A stretch of DNA of 61,346 nt from a virus. Taxonomy: Duplodnaviria; Caudoviricetes. Below the pieces are notes generated by a model. That model was not told the DNA's origin. It was given only the letters and a program-made list of their open reading frames with translations, and made no database searches. The position numbers and the translations under genes are program-made. Below, piece after piece: positions 57,675-61,346 of this stretch; the first letter of the stretch is position 1; the number at the start of each line of letters is the position of its first letter. The stretch spans positions 1 through 61,346 of the IMG/VR virus record IMGVR_UViG_3300049629_000715; one strand, 5' to 3'.

Positions 57675-57850
57675 GCCATATTCGGGATGCCAAATCCGTT
57701 ATTTTGGTGGCTCGGTTGAAGCCAAGGCAATCAACCAAACAAGCCGTAAAAAAGGCACCAACGGCTGGGTGCGATCCAAAAATTAACCGCTCTGAAAAGA
57801 GCAAAAATTTGTTCTGGAATCGCGCAATAATGTTGTGGTTTCAGAGCTGC
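57675..57850 (+). ncRNA. Candidate structured 5' leader RNA of the major capsid gene
   Basis: Several stems, a GAAA tetraloop, a G-U-rich 14-bp stem and a possible pseudoknot. Confidence 0.45.
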
Positions 57851-57881
57851 AAAAACCAAAACATAAAACCAAAATAAAATT

Positions 57882-59093
57882 ATGCCTAACGATTGTATCC
57901 CACTTGCGACAATTCAAAATTTCGCATCCAAAGACACTAACCGCATCATCGGCCAGATTGCCCGCGTGCTTGCTCGTAAATCTCCATACATCAATTCTAT
58001 TGATGGCGGAACTCTCCCGAATGTTTCGGATGTTGTCCGTTCTGTGGTTGAGGAAATGGCGGTTCCTGCCGCTTCCCTCGCCGCTCCTGCATTTGTGAAT
58101 GACACCACCCTTTGCGGCGTTGGTGCTACTCCCGATCAGGTTGGTTCCACCGAATACACCTTCCAACTTCAAACTCTGCGTGGCGCTGGTCCTCGCGTTT
58201 GCGTTAAGCAAGCTCGGACTGCGTTCAAAGGTTCGTATCTCCAAGCGCAAATCGCTCTTGAGAAAACCATCCTTCAGTTGATCAATGCTGACATCCGCTA
58301 TCAGTATCTCCTTCAATCTGGCATTAAGTTTGTCGTGAACAGCACGAAAACTTTCAGCCAGAGCTTGACTGGTGATATGCAGGTTCTCGGTGCGCCTTGG
58401 GCAACAGGCGTTGTTCCTGATGCCGCAATGAATTTCAAGACGCTCTACAAAATCGGCACATTCATGCGTGAGGAAATGCTTGCAGAACCTTTTGCTACCC
58501 GCGAAGGCGAATTCTTCCAAGTTATGGCCAGCGCGGATCAGATCGAAAACTTCCGTAACGATGCGGATGTTAAAGAAGACTTGATTGGCCTCACAACTGG
58601 TTCTTTCAAACTCGGTGAAGAGTCCATCAGCGGTTATCAGTTCCAAGGTTATCGCGGATTTGCCTTTGGCATCGACCAACAGCCGCTCCGCGCTTCCGGC
58701 TTCGATGGTTCCGGCAATTTGATTCTCGTCAATCCGACGATTTCTCAAGCCGTGACCAATGGCTTTGCTCAACGCCGGAATCCGGCTTGGGTTTCCGCTC
58801 CTTACGAGGTCATGTTCGTGATCGCTGGCGAAGCGTTCAAGCGTCTCGTTCCAGAGTCCTACACGGGCGAAGGCACTTTCCGCTTTGCTCCGCAACTCGC
58901 CATGGGTGAGTTGGAGTGGACTTACTTCCGCGACAACGATTGCAACCTCTACGGTGACTTCGGACAGCACATTTATCAGATTCAGCGTGCTATCCAGCCA
59001 ATCCGTCCGCAGAACGTCTGCGCGATCGTTTACAAGCGTTGCCCATTTGACGGCATCCCGCTTGCTTGCTCCACATCGGCAACTGGCCTCTAA
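57882..59093 (+). CDS. Major capsid protein (putative)
   Basis: 403 aa, strongly biased codon use, own promoter and downstream hairpin, follows the scaffold. Confidence 0.8.
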   Translation: MPNDCIPLATIQNFASKDTNRIIGQIARVLARKSPYINSIDGGTLPNVSDVVRSVVEEMAVPAASLAAPAFVNDTTLCGVGATPDQVGSTEYTFQLQTLRGAGPRVCVKQARTAFKGSYLQAQIALEKTILQLINADIRYQYLLQSGIKFVVNSTKTFSQSLTGDMQVLGAPWATGVVPDAAMNFKTLYKIGTFMREEMLAEPFATREGEFFQVMASADQIENFRNDADVKEDLIGLTTGSFKLGEESISGYQFQGYRGFAFGIDQQPLRASGFDGSGNLILVNPTISQAVTNGFAQRRNPAWVSAPYEVMFVIAGEAFKRLVPESYTGEGTFRFAPQLAMGELEWTYFRDNDCNLYGDFGQHIYQIQRAIQPIRPQNVCAIVYKRCPFDGIPLACSTSATGL

Positions 59094-59100
59094 TAGTTGA

Positions 59101-59148
59101 CTGATATCGGTGGCAGGGTTAATTCTGACCCTGCCACCTCATCAGTTT
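59101..59148 (+). terminator. Hairpin/terminator after the capsid gene
   Basis: GGTGGCAGGG…CCCTGCCACC stem extended by CTGAT/ATCAG, then TTT. Confidence 0.7.
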
Positions 59149-59158
59149 AATATTGAAT

Positions 59159-61346
59159 ATGGCTGCAATAATTTTCCCTACTTCGCCTTCTATTGGTCAG
59201 ATATTTTCGGCTGGCGGCAAAACATGGAGATGGAATGGTTATGCTTGGGATTCATTGGCGAACACCGCTTCTATTGGCGCGACAGGATTAACGGGAGCAA
59301 CCGGACAAGTAGGGGCGACAGGAAGCGGGGCAACGGGAGCTACTGGTGCTGGTTATGACGGAGCCACAGGCGCAACGGGTCAAATAGGAGCCACAGGAAT
59401 CGGAGCCACAGGCGCAACGGGAGTTGGCGCAACTGGTTTTACAGGCGCGACTGGAGCTACTGGATTTGGTGAAACTGGAGCTACTGGATTTATCGGAAGC
59501 ACAGGCGCGACTGGCGCGGGAACACAAGGTAGCACAGGCGCAACTGGCGTTGGAGATCAAGGCGCAACAGGACTCCAAGGCGCAACTGGAAATTCCGGAG
59601 CAACCGGAATAGGCGCAAGCGGAGCCACAGGCGCAACAGGCGTGTCTGGAAACGATGGGGCTACTGGAGCAACCGGAATAGGCGCAAGCGGAGCCACAGG
59701 TTTGCAAGGGGCAACTGGAGTTGGTTCGCAAGGGGCGACAGGAGCAACAGGAAATTTTGGCGCAACAGGACTTCAAGGCTCAACAGGCGTTGGCGAAACT
59801 GGAGCGACAGGATTTGATGGCGCAACAGGAGTTGGTTCAACTGGCGCAACTGGCGTTTCTGGAAATCAAGGCAGCACAGGCGCAACAGGTTTTGGCGCAA
59901 CAGGAGCGACAGGAATTGACGGAGCTACAGGATTGCAAGGGGCAACTGGTGTTGGCGATCAAGGTTCTACTGGAGCAACTGGATTGCAAGGCGCAACAGG
60001 ATTAGGCGCAAGCGGCGCAACTGGAGCTACAGGTTTGCAGGGTGCTACAGGTTTGACAGGTGCTGGTGGAGCGTCTGGTTTTTACGGATCATATTTTAGC
60101 AATGTCGATCAAACTGCTGTTGCTATTAATACTGCATATGCAATGACAGTAAATAATGTCATTGGAGAAAATGGAATTTCTGTTGTTAGCGGATCACAAA
60201 TTACTTTTACAAGTTCGGGAACATACGACATTCAATTTTCTGCTCAATTGCATAACAATGGTGGTGGAGGTGGCGGCGATATTGTTCAGATTTGGTTCCG
60301 TAAAAATGGAACTGATATTCCAGATTCTGCTACTCGCGTATCTGTTCCATCGAATAATCCATATGTGGTTGCGGCATGGGACTTCATGGATAATTTTGCC
60401 TCTGGAGACAATTTTCAGATCATGTGGTCAACTAACAATATCAATATCGGTATTGACCACAACACAGCAGTTGCACCAGCACCCAATATCCCATCGGTAA
60501 TCATTAGCGTAATGCAAGTGATGTATAACCAACTTGGGCCTCAAGGCGCAACTGGCGCAACTGGTGCAACGATTTCTCCTCAAATTGACCTTTACACAAC
60601 TTCTGACAGTTGGACAAAGCCCGCAGGAGCAAAGCTCGTTGTAGTTGAATGCGTAGCTGGCGGAAGTGGTGGTGGGTTTGGGGGAAAGCAGTCTGCTGGA
60701 ACGGCAGTTTTTGGAGGAGCGGGAGGCGGTTCTGGTGGGTATGCCCGTGCAACAATTGATGCTTCGCAACTAACAGATGCGAGTTATACGATAACTGTTG
60801 GTAGCGGAGGCAATGGAGGAATTGGTGCTACTTTAACGAACGCTACATTAGGAACACTCTCATCTTTTGCTGGTATCACTCAAGGAACACTCGTTAGAGC
60901 ATCTGCTGGTGGAACTATTGCTGGAAATGGAGGCACAGTCCAGCCGACATCGGGTGGTGCTGGTGCGCCTGCGGGAAATGGTGGAGGCGCGGCAAACATA
61001 ACTGGAACCGGAGGTGCTGGTAGCGGAACAAACTTTTCTCCATCAAGCGGTGGTGCTGGCGGCGGTATAACTGCGGCGGCAGTTGTTGGAAATATAACAG
61101 GTGTATTCAATGGAGGAACGAGTGGCACTAATCATTTTGTTGGTTTGATAAGCAATGGAGGTGCTGCAAGCGCAACAGCAAATGGAGGTTCTGCAACTCC
61201 AACTACTCCAAGATTATTGTCTACATTGATGATTAATGGTTCTGGTGGTGGCGGTGGCGGAGCTTGTTCATTCGCTACTGGGTCTGGTGGTAACGGAGCA
61301 AATGGTTCAGCATATGGTTCTGGTGGCGGCGGTGGCGGATCGACCA
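59159..61346 (+). CDS. Collagen-like GATG/Gly-rich fibre protein (about 752 aa, continues into 1-135)
   Basis: [32 protein letters not shown]-terminus, GATG tract, a C1q/BclA-like beta domain and a Gly-rich C-terminal domain; missed by the ORF track because it has no stop in the window. Confidence 0.85.
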   Translation, partial: MAAIIFPTSPSIGQIFSAGGKTWRWNGYAWDSLANTASIGATGLTGATGQVGATGSGATGATGAGYDGATGATGQIGATGIGATGATGVGATGFTGATGATGFGETGATGFIGSTGATGAGTQGSTGATGVGDQGATGLQGATGNSGATGIGASGATGATGVSGNDGATGATGIGASGATGLQGATGVGSQGATGATGNFGATGLQGSTGVGETGATGFDGATGVGSTGATGVSGNQGSTGATGFGATGATGIDGATGLQGATGVGDQGSTGATGLQGATGLGASGATGATGLQGATGLTGAGGASGFYGSYFSNVDQTAVAINTAYAMTVNNVIGENGISVVSGSQITFTSSGTYDIQFSAQLHNNGGGGGGDIVQIWFRKNGTDIPDSATRVSVPSNNPYVVAAWDFMDNFASGDNFQIMWSTNNINIGIDHNTAVAPAPNIPSVIISVMQVMYNQLGPQGATGATGATISPQIDLYTTSDSWTKPAGAKLVVVECVAGGSGGGFGGKQSAGTAVFGGAGGGSGGYARATIDASQLTDASYTITVGSGGNGGIGATLTNATLGTLSSFAGITQGTLVRASAGGTIAGNGGTVQPTSGGAGAPAGNGGGAANITGTGGAGSGTNFSPSSGGAGGGITAAAVVGNITGVFNGGTSGTNHFVGLISNGGAASATANGGSATPTTPRLLSTLMINGSGGGGGGACSFATGSGGNGANGSAYGSGGGGGGST
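61283..61346. repeat. Terminal direct repeat, copy 2
   Basis: Identical to 1-64. Confidence 0.97.

Noticed and set aside
57783-58970. 395-aa reverse-strand ORF overlapping the capsid gene
   Set aside because: It is in codon register with the capsid gene. It is explained by avoidance of TTA/CTA/TCA codons in a highly expressed gene and has no recognisable motifs
59110-60769. Short ORFs in the track at 59110-60769
   Set aside because: They are off-frame products of the long fibre gene starting at 59159
1-61346. tRNA genes, integrase/att site, alternative genetic code
   Set aside because: I recognised no cloverleaf or recombinase motifs by eye. Standard-code ORFs tile the genome densely, so recoding is not needed. 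tRNAscan-SE would be needed to exclude tRNAs formally

Overview
The window is an apparently complete, circularly permuted dsDNA tailed-phage genome of about 61.28 kb. Bases 1-64 are identical to 61283-61346, and a Gly-rich fibre gene reads in frame across that junction. All credible genes are on the + strand. The order is: lysis cassette; Gly-Ala-Thr-Gly (GATG) collagen-like fibres; podovirus-type adaptor and nozzle; a cluster of putative ejection/internal virion proteins ending in a 3305-aa polyvalent-type protein; early and accessory genes (TGT/DpdA-like + QueD, LuxR HTH, DUF932, DenV-like); recombination and replication genes (RecT-like, Cas4-like nuclease, SSB-like, RusA, DUF1376 initiator, DnaC-like, MazG-like); glycosyl- and methyltransferases; terminase; ParB + TAGT-like glycosyltransferase; portal; scaffold; a second glycosylation cluster; and the major capsid gene. 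I saw no integrase, DNA polymerase, tRNA or CRISPR array. The host is unknown (an aquatic Gram-negative, possibly Verrucomicrobiota; weak inference). The most unusual signals are: (i) three adjacent virion proteins sharing a C-terminal N-x-F-x-x-P-N-x-x-G-[LI]-x-[FL]-G-(G)-[ST]-stop tag, three proteins starting MGGS, and GNAT-like, PP-loop/PAPS-reductase-like and Fe-S (YkgJ-like) genes in the same cluster, a candidate virion-protein tagging or modification system; (ii) a giant protein divided into modules by a repeated [QN]YMP motif, with its own HExxH motif; (iii) a second copy of the initiator's iteron-like repeats 10 kb away; (iv) a thrice-repeated promoter-hairpin-(TAAA)n leader cassette; (v) a structured, possibly switchable capsid 5' leader. 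All protein family calls come from motif recognition by eye, not from database searches.
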